From Candidatus Marinacidobacterium sp. (lineage in GTDB: Bacteria; Acidobacteriota; Vicinamibacteria; Marinacidobacterales; Marinacidobacteraceae), in NCBI GenBank assembly GCA_965204755.1, contig OZ242011.1:1344001-1408000 (forward strand): DNA of 64,000 bases, given 5' to 3'. The position numbers and the translations under genes were made by a program. The notes under the pieces were generated by a model, which made no database searches, had not been told where the DNA came from, and saw nothing but the letters and a program-made list of their open reading frames with translations. Below are positions 1-16,430 of this stretch, piece after piece (the stretch's first letter is position 1; the number at the start of each line of letters is the position of its first letter).

Positions 1-12
1 TGCCGGTTCCGG

Positions 13-843
13 CTACCGCCGCCGCTTCCGGGAGCGAACGATCATGGAGTCCGTCCGCTTGTTGTTGCGCGTCTTGTGCCCCTTCGTCGGCACGCCCCAC
101 GGGCTGACGGGGTGCCGGCCTCCGGAACTCTTGCCCTCGCCGCCGCCGTGGGGATGGTCCACCGGGTTCATGGTCACGCCCCGGTTGTGCGGGCGGCGGC
201 CGAGCCACCGCTTCCGGCCGGCCTTGCCCAATTTCACATTGACATGCTCGACATTGGAGACCTGGCCGATGGTGGCGCGGCATTCCCGGAGGACGCGGCG
301 TACTTCGCCCGACGGCAGCCTCACCTGCGCGTAACGCCCTTCCTTCGCCACCAGTTGGACGAAGGATCCGGCGCTCCGAGCCAGTTTGCCTCCGCCGCCG
401 GGGCGGAGTTCCACATTGTGGATGGTCGAGCCGAGCGGGATCCGCTCGATCCGGATCGCGTTTCCGGGAGCGATCTCGGCGGAGTCGCTGGCGACCACGG
501 TGTCGCCCACCTTCATGCCGACCGCATGCAGGATGTACCGCTTCTCGCCATCGAGATAGTGGAGCAGGGCGATGCGCGCCGACCGGTTCGGGTCGTACTC
601 GATCGAGGCCACGCGCGCCGGAACCTCCGGCTTCGCGCGGCGGAAATCGACCCGACGGTAGCGCCGTTTGTGGCCGCCGCCACGGAACCGGACGGTGATC
701 CGGCCGGCCCGGCTGCGCCCCCCGGTGGACTTCTTGCCGACCGTAAGGCCCTTGACCGGGCGGTCCGTCGTCAGTTCCTCGAAGGTCTGGACGGTGTGGA
801 AGCGCCGGCCGGGAGAGGTCGGGCGGGAGGAGCGGATCGCCAT
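13..843 (-). CDS. rplB: 50S ribosomal protein L2
   Basis: [31 protein letters not shown]; S10 operon position. Confidence 0.99.
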   Translation of the reverse strand: MAIRSSRPTSPGRRFHTVQTFEELTTDRPVKGLTVGKKSTGGRSRAGRITVRFRGGGHKRRYRRVDFRRAKPEVPARVASIEYDPNRSARIALLHYLDGEKRYILHAVGMKVGDTVVASDSAEIAPGNAIRIERIPLGSTIHNVELRPGGGGKLARSAGSFVQLVAKEGRYAQVRLPSGEVRRVLRECRATIGQVSNVEHVNVKLGKAGRKRWLGRRPHNRGVTMNPVDHPHGGGEGKSSGGRHPVSPWGVPTKGHKTRNNKRTDSMIVRSRKRRR

Positions 844-856
844 CTCGTCCTCTCCG

Positions 857-1144
857 CTAGACGCCCTTGTAGATCTGGATTTCGTGTCCCTCTTCGAGGG
901 TCACGAACGCCTTCTTCCAGTCCGGACGCTTCCCGCGGAACCGCCCCCAACGCTTGAACTTCCCGGTGTTGTTCAACGTCCGCACCGCGGTGACCCGCAC
1001 CTCGAACAGGCTCTCCACCGCGCGGCGGATGTCCACCTTGTTCGCCCCGGGCGCCACCCGGAAACAGACGACATTCGACTGCTCGCGCAACCGGTCGCTC
1101 TTTTCGGTGGTGAGCGCGCCCAGGATCACTCGGTCGGGCTCCAT
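857..1144 (-). CDS. rplW: 50S ribosomal protein L23
   Basis: LTTEKS...FRVAPGANK...DWKKAFVTL; ATG overlaps the rplD stop (TGATG). Confidence 0.97.
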   Translation of the reverse strand: MEPDRVILGALTTEKSDRLREQSNVVCFRVAPGANKVDIRRAVESLFEVRVTAVRTLNNTGKFKRWGRFRGKRPDWKKAFVTLEEGHEIQIYKGV

Positions 1145-1905
1145 CACGCGTCTCCCGAGCCGTTCCCGGCGCCGCCGCCGGTCTCGCCGGCGGTCTCCCT
1201 CGCCGGGGCCGGTTCGCCTTCGGCCGCGGTCGCCGGGAGAGCCGGGCCCGCCTCATCGCGTTCCCCGGACTTCTCGGCCAGCGCGTCGAGCGCCGAACGG
1301 CGAACGAGCAGGGTGCGGGCCCGGAGGATGTGGTAGCAGTGGAGGGCGGTTACCGAACTCACCTCCAGCCGCGCCACATTGCGGGCCGAGAGACAGAGGT
1401 TCGCCGACGGAGCGTCCTCGACGATCAGCACCCGGCCGTCGGCGATCTCCCATTCGCCGAGCCGGTTCAGCAGGGTCTTGGTCGAGGGGCGGGCGAGTTC
1501 GATTTCGTCGTACACCCGGACCTGTCCCTCGCTCGCGCGGAGCGAGAGCGCCGAACGGATCGCGCCCCGCTGCATCCGGCCGGGAAGCCGGTAGGCGTAG
1601 TCGCGCGGCTGCGGTCCGAACACCGTGCCGCCGCCTCGCCAGAGCGGGTTCCGGCGGCTGCCGCTCCGCGCGTTGCCGGTGCCCTTCTGCCGCCAGGGCT
1701 TCCTTCCTCCGCCGGCGACCAGCGCGCGGTTCTTGGTGGCGTGGGTTCCGGCCCGACGACCGGCCATGAACTGGCGCACGGCGTCATAGTGGAGCGCGCG
1801 GTTCACCGGCTGGGCGAAGATTTCGGCGTTCAGCGAGACCTCTCCGCCGCCGCAGACGGGCGCCGGCGGAACCTGGACGGCGGCGCCGGAGGATTCGCTG
1901 GTCAT
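1144..1905 (-). CDS. rplD: 50S ribosomal protein L4 with a low-complexity C-terminal tail
   Basis: [42 protein letters not shown]. Confidence 0.98.
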   Translation of the reverse strand: MTSESSGAAVQVPPAPVCGGGEVSLNAEIFAQPVNRALHYDAVRQFMAGRRAGTHATKNRALVAGGGRKPWRQKGTGNARSGSRRNPLWRGGGTVFGPQPRDYAYRLPGRMQRGAIRSALSLRASEGQVRVYDEIELARPSTKTLLNRLGEWEIADGRVLIVEDAPSANLCLSARNVARLEVSSVTALHCYHILRARTLLVRRSALDALAEKSGERDEAGPALPATAAEGEPAPARETAGETGGGAGNGSGDA

Positions 1906-1912
1906 TCCCCGC

Positions 1913-2536
1913 TCAGACCTTGCGGATCTCCAGGTATCCGCCGCGCGGCCCCGGTACGGCGCCGCGCACTTGGATGAGACCCTGTTCCGGGTCCACGCCG
2001 ACCACGCGGAGGTTCTTGACGGTCACGCGGCGGTCACCGTGATGGCCGGGAAGGCGCGTGCCCGGGAGGACGCGGGAGGGCGTGGCGCACATCCCGATCG
2101 CCCCCGGCGCGCGATGGAATTTGGACCCGTGCGACTTCGGGCCGCCGTGGAAGCCGTGCCGCTTCATGACGCCGGTGAATCCCTTCCCCTTGCTCAGCCC
2201 GCTGACCCGGACTCGCTGGTCGGGAGAGAAGATCTCCGCGCCGAGCCGCGCTCCCACTTCGATGTCCTCCGAGGCGTCCGCGCGGAACTCTCGCAGCAGC
2301 GGCGCGCCGCCGCCCTCGAGCGGGCCCCCGGCCAAGCGGGCGCCGGCCGGCTTCGAGGCGCGGCGCCGACCGGAGCCGACGAGCCCCACCTGCACGGCGT
2401 CGTAGCCGTCGGCGGTCGCCGTCTTCAACTGGGTGACCACGCAGGGGCCCACCCGGATGACGGTGACCGGTTCGACCCGGCCGTCGGGACGAAAGTGCTG
2501 GGCCATTCCCAGTTTCACGCCCAACAGACCGTCCAT
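1913..2536 (-). CDS. rplC: 50S ribosomal protein L3
   Basis: [37 protein letters not shown]. Confidence 0.98.
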   Translation of the reverse strand: MDGLLGVKLGMAQHFRPDGRVEPVTVIRVGPCVVTQLKTATADGYDAVQVGLVGSGRRRASKPAGARLAGGPLEGGGAPLLREFRADASEDIEVGARLGAEIFSPDQRVRVSGLSKGKGFTGVMKRHGFHGGPKSHGSKFHRAPGAIGMCATPSRVLPGTRLPGHHGDRRVTVKNLRVVGVDPEQGLIQVRGAVPGPRGGYLEIRKV

Positions 2537-2571
2537 GGCTCGCTCCGCTTCGTCCGTTCTCGCTGGCCGGG

Positions 2572-2904
2572 CTACTGCGCCTGCGGCTCGTCCGAGACCA
2601 TGGCCTTGATCTCGACATGCACGCCGGCCGGCAGGTCGAGCCGCGAAAGCGCGTCCACGGTCGTCGGAGTGGAGCCGAGGATGTCGAGCAGGCGCTTGTG
2701 CGTGCGCAACTCGAATTGCTCCCGGGACTTCTTGTCCACATGCGGGGAACGGAGCACCGTGTAGCGATTCTTCACCGTCGGCAGCGGTATCGGCCCGGCG
2801 ACGGAGGCGCCCGTCCGCTTCGCCGTCTCGACGATCTCGTTCGTGGACTGATCGAGCAGACGATGGTCGAACGCCTTGAGGCGGATCCGGATCTTCTCGT
2901 TCAT
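2572..2904 (-). CDS. rpsJ: 30S ribosomal protein S10
   Basis: [36 protein letters not shown]. Confidence 0.99.
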   Translation of the reverse strand: MNEKIRIRLKAFDHRLLDQSTNEIVETAKRTGASVAGPIPLPTVKNRYTVLRSPHVDKKSREQFELRTHKRLLDILGSTPTTVDALSRLDLPAGVHVEIKAMVSDEPQAQ

Positions 2905-2960
2905 CGGGTCAGATCGATCTGGTCAGGTCGATCGGGTCAGGCCAATCCCATTCGGGTCAG
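2904..2960. repeat. Four dispersed copies of TCGGGTCAG (one TCTGGTCAG) in the fusA-rpsJ spacer
   Basis: Copies at 2904-2912, 2918-2926, 2932-2940 and 2952-2960; the last contains the fusA stop codon. Confidence 0.7.
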
Positions 2961-5059
2961 GCGCTCGCCATCACTTCGGCGGTCACGCCTTCCGGCGCCT
3001 CTTCGTAGGAACCGAAGTGCATGGTGTAGGTCGCTCGCCCCTGGGTGGCTGACCGGATGTCGGTGGCGTAGCCGAACATGCCGGCCAAGGGGACCTGCGC
3101 TTCGATGACGCGGGCGTTGCCCCGCATCGAGAGTCCGCCGATCCGGGCCCGCCGCGCCGAGAGATCCCCCATCACTTCGCCGGTGTAATCGTCCGGGGTG
3201 ACGACCTCCACCTTCATCACCGGCTCCAGGATGACCGGGGAGCACTGACGGAGGGCGGTCTTCACCGCGAGGGAACCGGCGATCCGGAAGGCGATTTCGG
3301 AACTGTCCACGGTGTGGAACGACCCGTCGTACAACCGCACCGACACGCCGATCACCGGGTATCCGGCGAGCGGGCCGGCGGCGAGCGCCTCCTTGGCGCC
3401 GGCCTCGACGGCGGGGATGAACTCCTTCGGAATCGCGCCGCCGACGATGGCGTTCACGAACTCGAAGGCGCCGTCGGTACGCGGGCTCACCTCGACCTCC
3501 ACATGGCCGTACTGACCGCGCCCGCCGGTCTGGCGCACATAACGGCCGGTAGTCCGGGAAACGGAACGAATCGCCTCCCGATAGGCGACTCGGGGCCTTC
3601 CGACGACGCCGGTGACCTGGAACTCGCGCAGCAGGCGGTCCACGATGATCTCGAGGTGCAACTCTCCCATTCCGCTGATGATCGTCTGGGCGGTTTCCTG
3701 GTCGGTGTGGACCCGAAAAGTCGGGTCCTCGTGGGTCATCTTGCCGAGCGCCGCGGAGAGTTTTTCCTGGTCGGCCTTCGTGGCCGGCTCGATGACGCGT
3801 GAAATCACCGGCTCCGGGAACTCCATCGCCTCGAGTACGACCGGCGCATCGGGGGCGCAGATCGTCTCGCCGGTGCGGGAGTTCTTGAGACCGACCGCCG
3901 CGGCGATGTCACCGGCATACACCGCATCGATCTCTTCGCGCTTGTTCGCATGCACCTTCAGCAGCCGGCCCACCCGGGAGCGGCGGCCCCGGGTCGAGTT
4001 CAGCACGGTGTCTCCGGCGCGGAGCACTCCGGAGTACACCCGGAAGAAAGACAACTGGCCGACGAACGGGTCGGCCGTGACCTTGAACACGAGCGCGGAG
4101 AGCGGCGCCTCGTCCGACGCCTCCCGGATTTCCGAGCCGTTGTCCTGCGAGCCGTTGTCCTCCGGGCCGTTGTCCGTGGTCGAAACGCTGCCGCGCACGG
4201 AAGGGACATCGGTAGGCGCCGGCAAGTAGGACACCACGGCGTCGAGCAGCGGCTGGACTCCCTTGTTGCGGAACGCCGAGCCGCAGAGCACCGGTACGAG
4301 TTGCAGATCGAGGGTCGCGCGTCGAAGCGCCGTGTGGCACTGCTCTTCCGTCAGGTCGCCGTTCTCGTCCCAGAGTTCGAGCGCGTCCAAGTCCGTTTCG
4401 CAGATCTGCTCGAGGAGCGATTCGCGGGCGCTGCGCGCCCGGTCCGACCGTTCCGGCGCGATCTCGCACTCCTCGAACCTCGCGCCGAGCGCGTCCCCGA
4501 GGTACCGGATCTCCTTCATGCGAACGAGATCCACCACCCCCTCGTATCCCTCCTCCGACCCGATCGGCAACTGTATCGGCGCGGGGCGGGCGCCGAGGCG
4601 TTCTTCGATCATGCCGACCACGCGTTCGAAGTCCGCGCCGGCGCGGTCCATCTTGTTGACGAACGCCACCCGAGGCACCCGGTACTTGTCCGCCTGGCGC
4701 CAGACGGTCTCCGACTGAGGCTCCACGCCGCCGACGGCGCAGAAGACCGCTACGGCGCCGTCGAGAACCCGGAGCGAGCGCTCCACTTCCGCCGTGAAGT
4801 CCACATGTCCCGGAGTATCGATGATGTTGATTCTCCGGTCTTTCCAGAAGCAGGTCGTCGCCGCGGAAGTGATCGTGATCCCGCGCTCCTGTTCCTGCTC
4901 CATCCAGTCCATGGTGGCGGTGCCTTCGTGGACCTCCCCGAGTTTGTAGGTGATCCCGGTGTAGTACAGGATGCGCTCGGTCGTGGTCGTCTTGCCGGCG
5001 TCTATGTGCGCCATGATCCCGATGTTCCGGGTATCGGCGAGCGCGACTTGGCGGGGCAT
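2957..5059 (-). CDS. fusA: Elongation factor G
   Basis: [39 protein letters not shown]; start set at ATG 5059 (MPRQVAL), not at the longer ORF start. Confidence 0.98.
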   Translation of the reverse strand: MPRQVALADTRNIGIMAHIDAGKTTTTERILYYTGITYKLGEVHEGTATMDWMEQEQERGITITSAATTCFWKDRRINIIDTPGHVDFTAEVERSLRVLDGAVAVFCAVGGVEPQSETVWRQADKYRVPRVAFVNKMDRAGADFERVVGMIEERLGARPAPIQLPIGSEEGYEGVVDLVRMKEIRYLGDALGARFEECEIAPERSDRARSARESLLEQICETDLDALELWDENGDLTEEQCHTALRRATLDLQLVPVLCGSAFRNKGVQPLLDAVVSYLPAPTDVPSVRGSVSTTDNGPEDNGSQDNGSEIREASDEAPLSALVFKVTADPFVGQLSFFRVYSGVLRAGDTVLNSTRGRRSRVGRLLKVHANKREEIDAVYAGDIAAAVGLKNSRTGETICAPDAPVVLEAMEFPEPVISRVIEPATKADQEKLSAALGKMTHEDPTFRVHTDQETAQTIISGMGELHLEIIVDRLLREFQVTGVVGRPRVAYREAIRSVSRTTGRYVRQTGGRGQYGHVEVEVSPRTDGAFEFVNAIVGGAIPKEFIPAVEAGAKEALAAGPLAGYPVIGVSVRLYDGSFHTVDSSEIAFRIAGSLAVKTALRQCSPVILEPVMKVEVVTPDDYTGEVMGDLSARRARIGGLSMRGNARVIEAQVPLAGMFGYATDIRSATQGRATYTMHFGSYEEAPEGVTAEVMASA
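4134..4175. repeat. Three 15-bp-period copies in fusA encoding [15 protein letters not shown]
   Basis: GCCGTTGTCC recurs at 15-nt spacing. Confidence 0.8.
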
Positions 5060-5165
5060 GGAAGCGCGGAAGGGAAGCGCGGAAGGAAGAAGCGTGGAGA
5101 GGAGTCGGTTCGGAACGAAGGGAGCGGCGAGACTCGGGTCCGGTGGGGAATCGGCCGGGGAGGCG

Positions 5166-5636
5166 CTACCAGCGGTGGTGCGCGAAGGCCTTGTTCGCTT
5201 CGGCCATCTTGTGGGTGTCTTCCCGCTTCTTGATCGCGCCGCCCCGGTTCTGGGAAGCGTCCAGGATCTCACCGGCCAACTTCTCGACCATCGTCTTCTC
5301 CGGGCGCCTCCGGGCGTAGGTCACGAGCCAGCGCAGCGAGAGCGAGGTGCGGCGTTCCGGCCGCACTTCGAAAGGCACCTGCACATTGGAGCCGCCCTTC
5401 CGGCGGCTCTTCACTTCGAGGCTCGGCTTCACATTCGCCACGGCCTCGCGGAAAGTCGCTACCGGCTCGGCGTCGGTGCGCTCCCGAATCCGATCGAAAG
5501 CGCCATAGACCACCGATTCGGCGACGGACTTCTTGCCGTCGAGCATCACCTTGTTGATGAACGAGGACACGAGCACGCTCTGGTAGCGGGAGTCGGGCGC
5601 CGGTTGCCGCTTCGGCACATCGCGTCGTCGGGACAT
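5166..5636 (-). CDS. rpsG: 30S ribosomal protein S7
   Basis: MSRR...[15 protein letters not shown]...[15 protein letters not shown]. Confidence 0.98.
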   Translation of the reverse strand: MSRRRDVPKRQPAPDSRYQSVLVSSFINKVMLDGKKSVAESVVYGAFDRIRERTDAEPVATFREAVANVKPSLEVKSRRKGGSNVQVPFEVRPERRTSLSLRWLVTYARRRPEKTMVEKLAGEILDASQNRGGAIKKREDTHKMAEANKAFAHHRW

Positions 5637-5715
5637 GACTACGACCTGGGGGCGGCTTGCTGCGAGAGTTCGCGGACCGGTTTCGTGGGCGCTGCTTCCG
5701 TGGGCGCTGCGAAGA

Positions 5716-6090
5716 TCAATTCTTCGGGCGGCGGGTTCCGTACTTGGAACGCGCATTCATCCGACCGTCCACTCCCACCGCATCGAGGGCGCCGCGAATC
5801 ACATGGTAACGAACGCCCGGAAGATCCTTCACCCGGCCGCCGCGAATGAGCACGATCGAGTGCTCCTGCAGGTTGTGGCCGACGCCCGGTATGTAGGTGG
5901 TGACCTCGATCCCGTTCGTGAGGCGGACGCGGGCCACTTTCCGAAGGGCCGAGTTCGGCTTCTTCGGGTTGACCGTGAAGACCCGGACGCACACGCCCCG
6001 GCGCTGGGGACACCGCTGGAGCGCCGGCGAATCGGTGGCCGGAGCGGCCCGTTTTCGGCCTCGGCGGACGAGTTGGTGGATCGTCGGCAT
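5716..6090 (-). CDS. rpsL: 30S ribosomal protein S12
   Basis: [29 protein letters not shown]. Confidence 0.99.
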   Translation of the reverse strand: MPTIHQLVRRGRKRAAPATDSPALQRCPQRRGVCVRVFTVNPKKPNSALRKVARVRLTNGIEVTTYIPGVGHNLQEHSIVLIRGGRVKDLPGVRYHVIRGALDAVGVDGRMNARSKYGTRRPKN

Positions 6091-6392
6091 CGGGCAGGTC
6101 TCGGGTCAGTAGTCGGGGAGTGTGCCGGGCGGTGGCGGAGGGTCGAGGGAGATCGGGAGAAACGGGTGTGAGAGATGCGAAATCGGGACGAAAACGAGGA
6201 AAAACGAGGGAATCCCACGCGGGAAACCGGAAGATCGAGCGCCGACCACCCACCCGCGAGGGGCTCGGAAACGCCGATCGGTGGATCACGCCTCCCGCTC
6301 GCTGAGCCGGGAAGACGCCGGGGTGCTCGGGACGCCGGGAACTGTCGGCCGCCGTTGGGGCAGGCCGTTCCGGGGCGCGAAGCGAACGAATG

Positions 6393-6422
6393 ATTCTACG
6401 CCTCCGGCGGCCCCGTTGTCAA
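6393..6422 (-). promoter_or_regulatory. Sigma70-type promoter of the rpsL (str) operon
   Basis: Minus strand TTGACA (6422-6417), 18-nt spacer, TAGAAT (6398-6393). Confidence 0.8.
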
Positions 6423-6551
6423 ATGCCGGTCCCGCGGTTCTCGAATCGCCGCCCGAATGCCGGGCGGGGCGGACCGCGGCTCCGGGCGCGGCCCCCGCCG
6501 GGGCCGCGTCGTCGGGCGGGCGGGCAGGCGCGCGCCTGCCCCGGAAGGGAT

Positions 6552-9500
6552 CTACGGCGCCTCGCCCAGATAGGACAGTTCCTGCGCCGCCTCTCGCTGG
6601 CGGGCGAGGATCGCGTCCCGACGGGCGGTGACCTCCTCCGGGAGGAAGAACTTCTGGTGTTGCCCGAGTCCCGTACCGGCCGGCACCAGGCGGCCCATGA
6701 TGACATTCTCCTTGAGCCCGAGCAGTTGGTCCACCTTGCCGTTGAGCGAGGCCTCGGTGAGCACCTTGGTCGTCTCCTGGAAGGAGGCGGCGGAAATGAA
6801 ACTGTCCGTCGCCAGCGAGGCCTTGGTCAGGCCCAGCAGCATCGGGTCGCCTTCGGCGGTCTTCCCGCCCTCCTGCTCCGCCTTGGTGTTCGCCCGGGCG
6901 AACTCGTGGCGGTCGAGAACCGAGTCGGCGATGAGGTCGGTGTCCCCGACATCCTTCACCCGCACCCAGCGCATCATCCGGCTGATGATGACCTCGATGT
7001 GCTTGTCGTCTATCACGACTCCCTGCAGCCGATAGACCTCCTGCACCTCGTGCACCAGATAGCGCTGCAACTCGCCCTCCCCGAGCACGCGGAGGATGTC
7101 GTGGGGGTTGCGCGGCCCGTCCATGAGCGGATCGCCGGCGCGCACATCCTCGTGCTCCCGCACGCTGATGTGCACTCCTCGGGGCACTTCGTACTCGCGG
7201 GGTTCGCCGCCGCCATCGGGAACGACCCGGACCAGGCGCTTGCCCTTGCGCACATCGCCGTACTCCAGCCGCCCGTCTATCTCGCTGATCAAGGCCGGGG
7301 CCTTCGGCGGGCGCGCCTCGAAGAGTTCCACCACGCGGGGCAGCCCCCCGGTGATGTCCTTGGTCTTCGTCGTTTCGCGCGGGATCTTGGCGAGGACATC
7401 GCCCGGACGGACGACATCGTCCTCCCCCACCTCGAGATGCGCCCGGGACGGCATGAGGTAGGTGCGGAGGACACTTCCCTCCGGGCCGGTGATCTCGATC
7501 CTCGGCTCGTGGCGGTCGTCCGAGGACTCGATGATGACGGGTTGCGACCGGAAGGTCACATTGTCCACTTCCTGGATCATCGTGATGTCGCTGATGATGT
7601 CCCGGAAACGGACGGTTCCGCCTTCCTCCGAGAGGATGGAGAAACTGTAGGGATCCCACTCCACGATCACTTGCCCGGGCGAGACCCGGTCTCCGGCCGA
7701 GGCCTTGATCCTCGCGCCGTACACCACCGGATGGCTCTCGAGCGGACGCCCCTCCCCGTCCACGACTTCCACGGCGCCGGAGCGGCTGATGACCACGAGG
7801 TTGCCGTGGCGGTCGCGCACCAGGCCGGAGCGGCGAACGCCGTTCGCCTCCGGCTCGGCCTCGGCGCCGCTTTCCGAACCGGCATTCGAGCCGGGTTCGG
7901 GCATCCTCAGGTTTTCGGAGAACCGGATGGCCCCCTCGTTTCGAGCCTCGAGCGCCGAGTTCTCGAAGACGCTCGCGGTCCCCCCGATGTGGAAAGTGCG
8001 CATCGTGAGTTGCGTACCGGGTTCACCGATGGACTGCGCCGCGATGATGCCGACGGCCTCGCCGAGATCCACGAGTTTGCCGGTCGCGAGGTTCCTGCCG
8101 TAGCACATCGCGCAGACGCCTCGTTTCGCGTCGCAAGTCAGAACCGAGCGGATCTTGACCTTCTGGACGCCGGCGTTCTCGATCTCGCCGGCGATCCGCT
8201 CGCTGATCTCCTGGCCGGCGTCCACGATGAGTTCATTCGTGAAGTCCTTGACCTCGTCGAGACTGACCCGGCCCACGATCCGCTCGCGCAGCGGCTCGAT
8301 CACCTCGCCGGCTTCGATGATCGGCTCGGCGTAGATGCCCCGCAGGGTCCCGCAGTCCCGCAGAGTGACGATCACATCCTGCGCCACATCGGCGAGCCTC
8401 CGCGTGAGATACCCGGCGTCCGCGGTCCGAAGAGCCGTGTCGGCGAGACCCTTGCGCGCCCCGTTCGTGGAGATGAAGTACTGGATGACGCTCAGTCCCT
8501 CGCGGAAGTTGCTGGTGATCGGCGTCTCGATGATCGCGCCGGTCGTCTTGGCCATCAGGCCGCGCATTCCCGCGAGTTGGCGGATCTGCTTCTCGCTGCC
8601 TCTGGCGCCGGAGTCCACCATCATGAACACCGGGCTGAAGCGTCCGGTCGCCCGCTCCCGAGCCTGCATGGTGGCGAGCATGTCCTCCGCCACCCGGTTC
8701 GTGGTGTTCGACCAGACATCGATCACCTTGTTGTAGCGCTCACCCTCGGTGATCGCCCCCTCTTGGTACTGCGCCTCCACCCGGCCGACTTCGGCCTTCG
8801 CGTCCTCGACGAGCGCCGCCTTGTTCGGGGGAACGACCAGGTCTCCGAGCCCGATGGAGGTGCCGCTCAGGGTCGCGTAGTGGAACCCCAAGTCCTTCAG
8901 CGCATCGAGAACCCGCGCGCTCTCTTCGAGCCCGTAGCGCAGGTAGATGAGTCTGACCAGGTTCTGGATGCCCTTCTTCTTGAGGACACCGTTCACGAAC
9001 GGGGCCTCCTCGGGCAAGTGGTCGTTGAAGATGACCCTGCCCACCGTCGTGGCGATTCGCCGGCGCTCGACCCGAGTGGTCTCGATCCGGAGCAGGTTCT
9101 GGCTGTCGTGGGTGTCCATGACTTCGCCGGTGTACCGCAACTCGATCGGCGTCAGCGTGGACACTTCACCGCTGTCGAGAGCGAGGAGGACATCCTCGGT
9201 GGTCGCGAAGACCTTCTTCTTCTCCGGAGGGATGACCTGGGGCTTCGTCAGGTAGTAGATGCCGAGCACCATGTCCTGGGTCGGGACGGCGAGCGGGCCG
9301 CCGTGCGCCGGCGACAGGATGTTCCGCGACGAACGCATGAGGACCGACGCTTCGATCTGCGCCTCCGGCGACAGCGGCACATGGACCGCCATCTGGTCGC
9401 CGTCGAAGTCCGCGTTGAACGCGCTGCACACCAGCGGATGGATGCGGATCGCCTTTCCTTCCACGAGGACCGGCTCGAACGCCTGGATGCCGAGCCGGTG

Positions 9501-12125
9501 GAGGGTCGGCGCGCGGTTCAACAGCACGAAGTGCCCGCTGATGACCTCTTCCAGGAAGTCCCAGACCTCCGGCCGCTGCTGTTCCACGAGTTCCCGGGCC
9601 TGTTTGATCGTGTCCGCCAGCCCCTCCGCCTCCAAGCGGTTGAACAGGAACGGCTTGAACAACTCCAGCGCCATCTTCTTGGGAAGGCCGCACTGGTGCA
9701 GTCTCAGTTCAGGGCCGACGACGATGACCGAGCGTCCGGAATAGTCCACCCGCTTCCCGAGCAGGTTCTGGCGAAAACGCCCCTGCTTGCCCTTCAGAGT
9801 GTCGGAGAGGGACTTGAGGGGTCGGTTGTTCGTGCCCTTGAGGACGCGGCCGCGGCGGCCGTTGTCGAAGAGAGCATCCACCGCTTCCTGGAGCATCCGC
9901 TTTTCGTTGCGAACGATCACATCGGGCGCCCGGAGTTCGAGCAACCGGCGCAGTCGGTTGTTGCGGTTGATGACCTTTCGGTACAACTCGTTCAGGTCGC
10001 TGGTCGCGAACCGTCCGCCGTCGAGCGGCACGAGGGGCCGCAGGTCCGGCGGGAGGACCGGTATCGCCTCCATGATCATCCACTCCGGAAGATTTCCGGA
10101 CTTGCGGAAGGCGTCCACCACCTTCAGGCGCTTGGCTGCCTTGGCCTTCTTCTGGATCGAGCGTTCGTTCCGCATCGCATCCCGAAGTTCCACCGCAAGG
10201 GCGTCGAGGTCGGCCTCGCGCAGCAACTGTTTGGCCGCGCCGGCGCCCATGTCCGCAGTGAAAGTCCGGCCCGGCGTCTTCATCCGCTCGCGGAATTCCG
10301 CATCGGACCGACCGAACAGCCGCTTCAGCAAGCGGTCCTGCTCCTCGGTGACGACCTGACCCTTGCGCAGGACGCCGAGCCGGACATTCGCGATACGGAA
10401 GCGTCGCGGGATCTCCCCGAACGAGAAGCGGAACAGCGGCTGCAGGAGCGCGATCTCGGCCTCGGTGAAAGTCTCGCTCCGCTCCTGCAGCAGTTCGAGA
10501 TTCACATCTCCCGGATCCCGCACTTCGTGGATCGAGTCGAGCCGGTAGAGACACTTCCTCGTGCCGCGAATCTTCATCCGCTCGCGGAACTCGGTGTCCG
10601 TGGAGCCGAACAGTCTCCTGAGCACCCGGTCCTGCTCTCCGGTCACGACCTGCTCCGGGCGGAGTTCGCCGATCTTCACGCGGCCTACCCGGTAACTCTC
10701 CTCGAAGTCGAACAGAGTGTGCAGCGCCGAAAGGTCGGCAGCGCTGAGCAGGGTCTTCGCCTCGCGAACGAGAGCCAGATCCACATCCCCCGGATCGAGG
10801 ATTTCGTGGACCGAGTCCATACGGTGGAGGGTCTTCTTCCCGCGGAGTTTCATCCGGCTGCGGAACTCGGTGTCCGTTTTGCCGAAGAGCCGCTTCAGCA
10901 ACCCGTGCTGTTCGTCGGTGAGCGGCTGACCCTTCCGGAGGGCGCCGACGGTCACCTCCGAAACGACCTGACGGTCCTCGCCGCTCTTTTCGGTTTGGAA
11001 CTCGAACAGTTCGCCGAGACCGGAGACATCGTCGTCGGTCAACTCGACCTTGCGGTCGCGAAGCAGTTCGACGCTCACCTGCCCCGGATCGAGAACGACC
11101 TGTGACACCAACTTGGAGCGGCAGGGACGACCCGGCTGCCCGATCTTCTTCTCGAACTCCTCTTCGTTCGAACCGAACAACTTCCGGAGCAGGTCCATCT
11201 GCCGGCCATGGAGTTGCCGGCCCCGCTCGAGAGTCCCCCGCGCGATCTCGCCGATCGGGTGGCGCCTCGCGGACGCTTCCGGTGCAAAGTCGAACAGTTC
11301 CTTGAGGGTCTTGAGTTCCTTCTTGCCGAACTCGATGCCCCGGTCGCGCAACTGGGAGAGGTTCACGGCTCCGGGGTCGAGGACGAACTGGGAGGTCAGC
11401 GTGGTGGTCGCCGGCCGGCCGGTCTTGCCGGTCCGGTCCCGGAAGTCCTCCTCCTTCTTCCCGAAGTACCGCTCGATCAGCAGCCGCTGCGCTTCGCTGA
11501 TGGACTGTCCCTTCTTCAGGACGCCTGCCTTGACCGAGGCGATCGAGAAGCGGCGATCGATCTCCTCGAAGGAGAAGGCGAACAGTTGCTGCAACGACGC
11601 CACTTCCTCGGCGTCGAAGAGATCCTTGCGCTCGCGCAGGAGGGAGATGTCCACATCGCCCGGATCGAGGACGATATAGGACTCGTAGTAGAGGACGCGT
11701 TCCAACTCGCGGGGGGTCAGGTCGAGAACCTGTCCGATGCGGCTCGGCGGCACCTTGAAGAACCAGACATGGGACACCGGGCACGCCAGTTCGATGTGCC
11801 CGAGCCGGCTGCGGCGGACGGAGGCCTGCGTCACTTCGACGCCGCACTTGTCGCAGACCACTCCGCGGTGCTTCATCCGCTTGTACTTGCCGCAACTGCA
11901 CTCCCAGTCGTTGACCGGCCCGAAGATCTGCGGGCAGAAGAGGCCGCCGCGCTCCGGCTTGAGCGTCCGGTAGTTGATCGTCTCGGCCTTGGTCACTTCT
12001 CCGTGCGACCAGGCCCGGATCTTCTCCGGCGCGGCGATCGAGATCTTGATCGCGTCGAAGTCCGAACTGAACGCCTCCCGCTCGTCGAGTTCCGGGAAGA
12101 TCCCGGTCGAGTCAGTCGTCTGCAT
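6552..12125 (-). CDS. rpoC: RNA polymerase subunit beta', enlarged to 1857 aa
   Basis: Zn finger CSCGKYK...[20 protein letters not shown], catalytic [29 protein letters not shown]. Confidence 0.99.
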   Translation of the reverse strand: MQTTDSTGIFPELDEREAFSSDFDAIKISIAAPEKIRAWSHGEVTKAETINYRTLKPERGGLFCPQIFGPVNDWECSCGKYKRMKHRGVVCDKCGVEVTQASVRRSRLGHIELACPVSHVWFFKVPPSRIGQVLDLTPRELERVLYYESYIVLDPGDVDISLLRERKDLFDAEEVASLQQLFAFSFEEIDRRFSIASVKAGVLKKGQSISEAQRLLIERYFGKKEEDFRDRTGKTGRPATTTLTSQFVLDPGAVNLSQLRDRGIEFGKKELKTLKELFDFAPEASARRHPIGEIARGTLERGRQLHGRQMDLLRKLFGSNEEEFEKKIGQPGRPCRSKLVSQVVLDPGQVSVELLRDRKVELTDDDVSGLGELFEFQTEKSGEDRQVVSEVTVGALRKGQPLTDEQHGLLKRLFGKTDTEFRSRMKLRGKKTLHRMDSVHEILDPGDVDLALVREAKTLLSAADLSALHTLFDFEESYRVGRVKIGELRPEQVVTGEQDRVLRRLFGSTDTEFRERMKIRGTRKCLYRLDSIHEVRDPGDVNLELLQERSETFTEAEIALLQPLFRFSFGEIPRRFRIANVRLGVLRKGQVVTEEQDRLLKRLFGRSDAEFRERMKTPGRTFTADMGAGAAKQLLREADLDALAVELRDAMRNERSIQKKAKAAKRLKVVDAFRKSGNLPEWMIMEAIPVLPPDLRPLVPLDGGRFATSDLNELYRKVINRNNRLRRLLELRAPDVIVRNEKRMLQEAVDALFDNGRRGRVLKGTNNRPLKSLSDTLKGKQGRFRQNLLGKRVDYSGRSVIVVGPELRLHQCGLPKKMALELFKPFLFNRLEAEGLADTIKQARELVEQQRPEVWDFLEEVISGHFVLLNRAPTLHRLGIQAFEPVLVEGKAIRIHPLVCSAFNADFDGDQMAVHVPLSPEAQIEASVLMRSSRNILSPAHGGPLAVPTQDMVLGIYYLTKPQVIPPEKKKVFATTEDVLLALDSGEVSTLTPIELRYTGEVMDTHDSQNLLRIETTRVERRRIATTVGRVIFNDHLPEEAPFVNGVLKKKGIQNLVRLIYLRYGLEESARVLDALKDLGFHYATLSGTSIGLGDLVVPPNKAALVEDAKAEVGRVEAQYQEGAITEGERYNKVIDVWSNTTNRVAEDMLATMQARERATGRFSPVFMMVDSGARGSEKQIRQLAGMRGLMAKTTGAIIETPITSNFREGLSVIQYFISTNGARKGLADTALRTADAGYLTRRLADVAQDVIVTLRDCGTLRGIYAEPIIEAGEVIEPLRERIVGRVSLDEVKDFTNELIVDAGQEISERIAGEIENAGVQKVKIRSVLTCDAKRGVCAMCYGRNLATGKLVDLGEAVGIIAAQSIGEPGTQLTMRTFHIGGTASVFENSALEARNEGAIRFSENLRMPEPGSNAGSESGAEAEPEANGVRRSGLVRDRHGNLVVISRSGAVEVVDGEGRPLESHPVVYGARIKASAGDRVSPGQVIVEWDPYSFSILSEEGGTVRFRDIISDITMIQEVDNVTFRSQPVIIESSDDRHEPRIEITGPEGSVLRTYLMPSRAHLEVGEDDVVRPGDVLAKIPRETTKTKDITGGLPRVVELFEARPPKAPALISEIDGRLEYGDVRKGKRLVRVVPDGGGEPREYEVPRGVHISVREHEDVRAGDPLMDGPRNPHDILRVLGEGELQRYLVHEVQEVYRLQGVVIDDKHIEVIISRMMRWVRVKDVGDTDLIADSVLDRHEFARANTKAEQEGGKTAEGDPMLLGLTKASLATDSFISAASFQETTKVLTEASLNGKVDQLLGLKENVIMGRLVPAGTGLGQHQKFFLPEEVTARRDAILARQREAAQELSYLGEAP
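10260..11675 (-). repeat. Five diverged tandem protein repeats (about 96, 96, 98, 93 and 88 aa) inside RpoC
   Basis: Each unit starts (V/I)xDPGxV (first codons at 11672, 11384, 11096, 10802, 10523) and contains LFxF, GxL(R/K/E)xx(Q/R), Q..LL.R.FG and (E/D)F(R/E). Confidence 0.93.
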
Positions 12126-12194
12126 GAGGCGTCCTCCCGCCCGGATACATCGTGTTCCGTTCGCACCCGTCAGGTGCGTTCGCCTGAGTCCCGG

Positions 12195-16430
<4,236 letters not shown>

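Noticed and set aside
5716-6090. Streptomycin-resistance alleles in rpsL
   Set aside because: The lysines in PKKPNS and RVKDLP match the sensitive consensus.
10260-11675. RpoC insert as an intein
   Set aside because: No Cys/Ser start block, no His-Asn end and no LAGLIDADG motif; it is a tandem repeat of native sequence.
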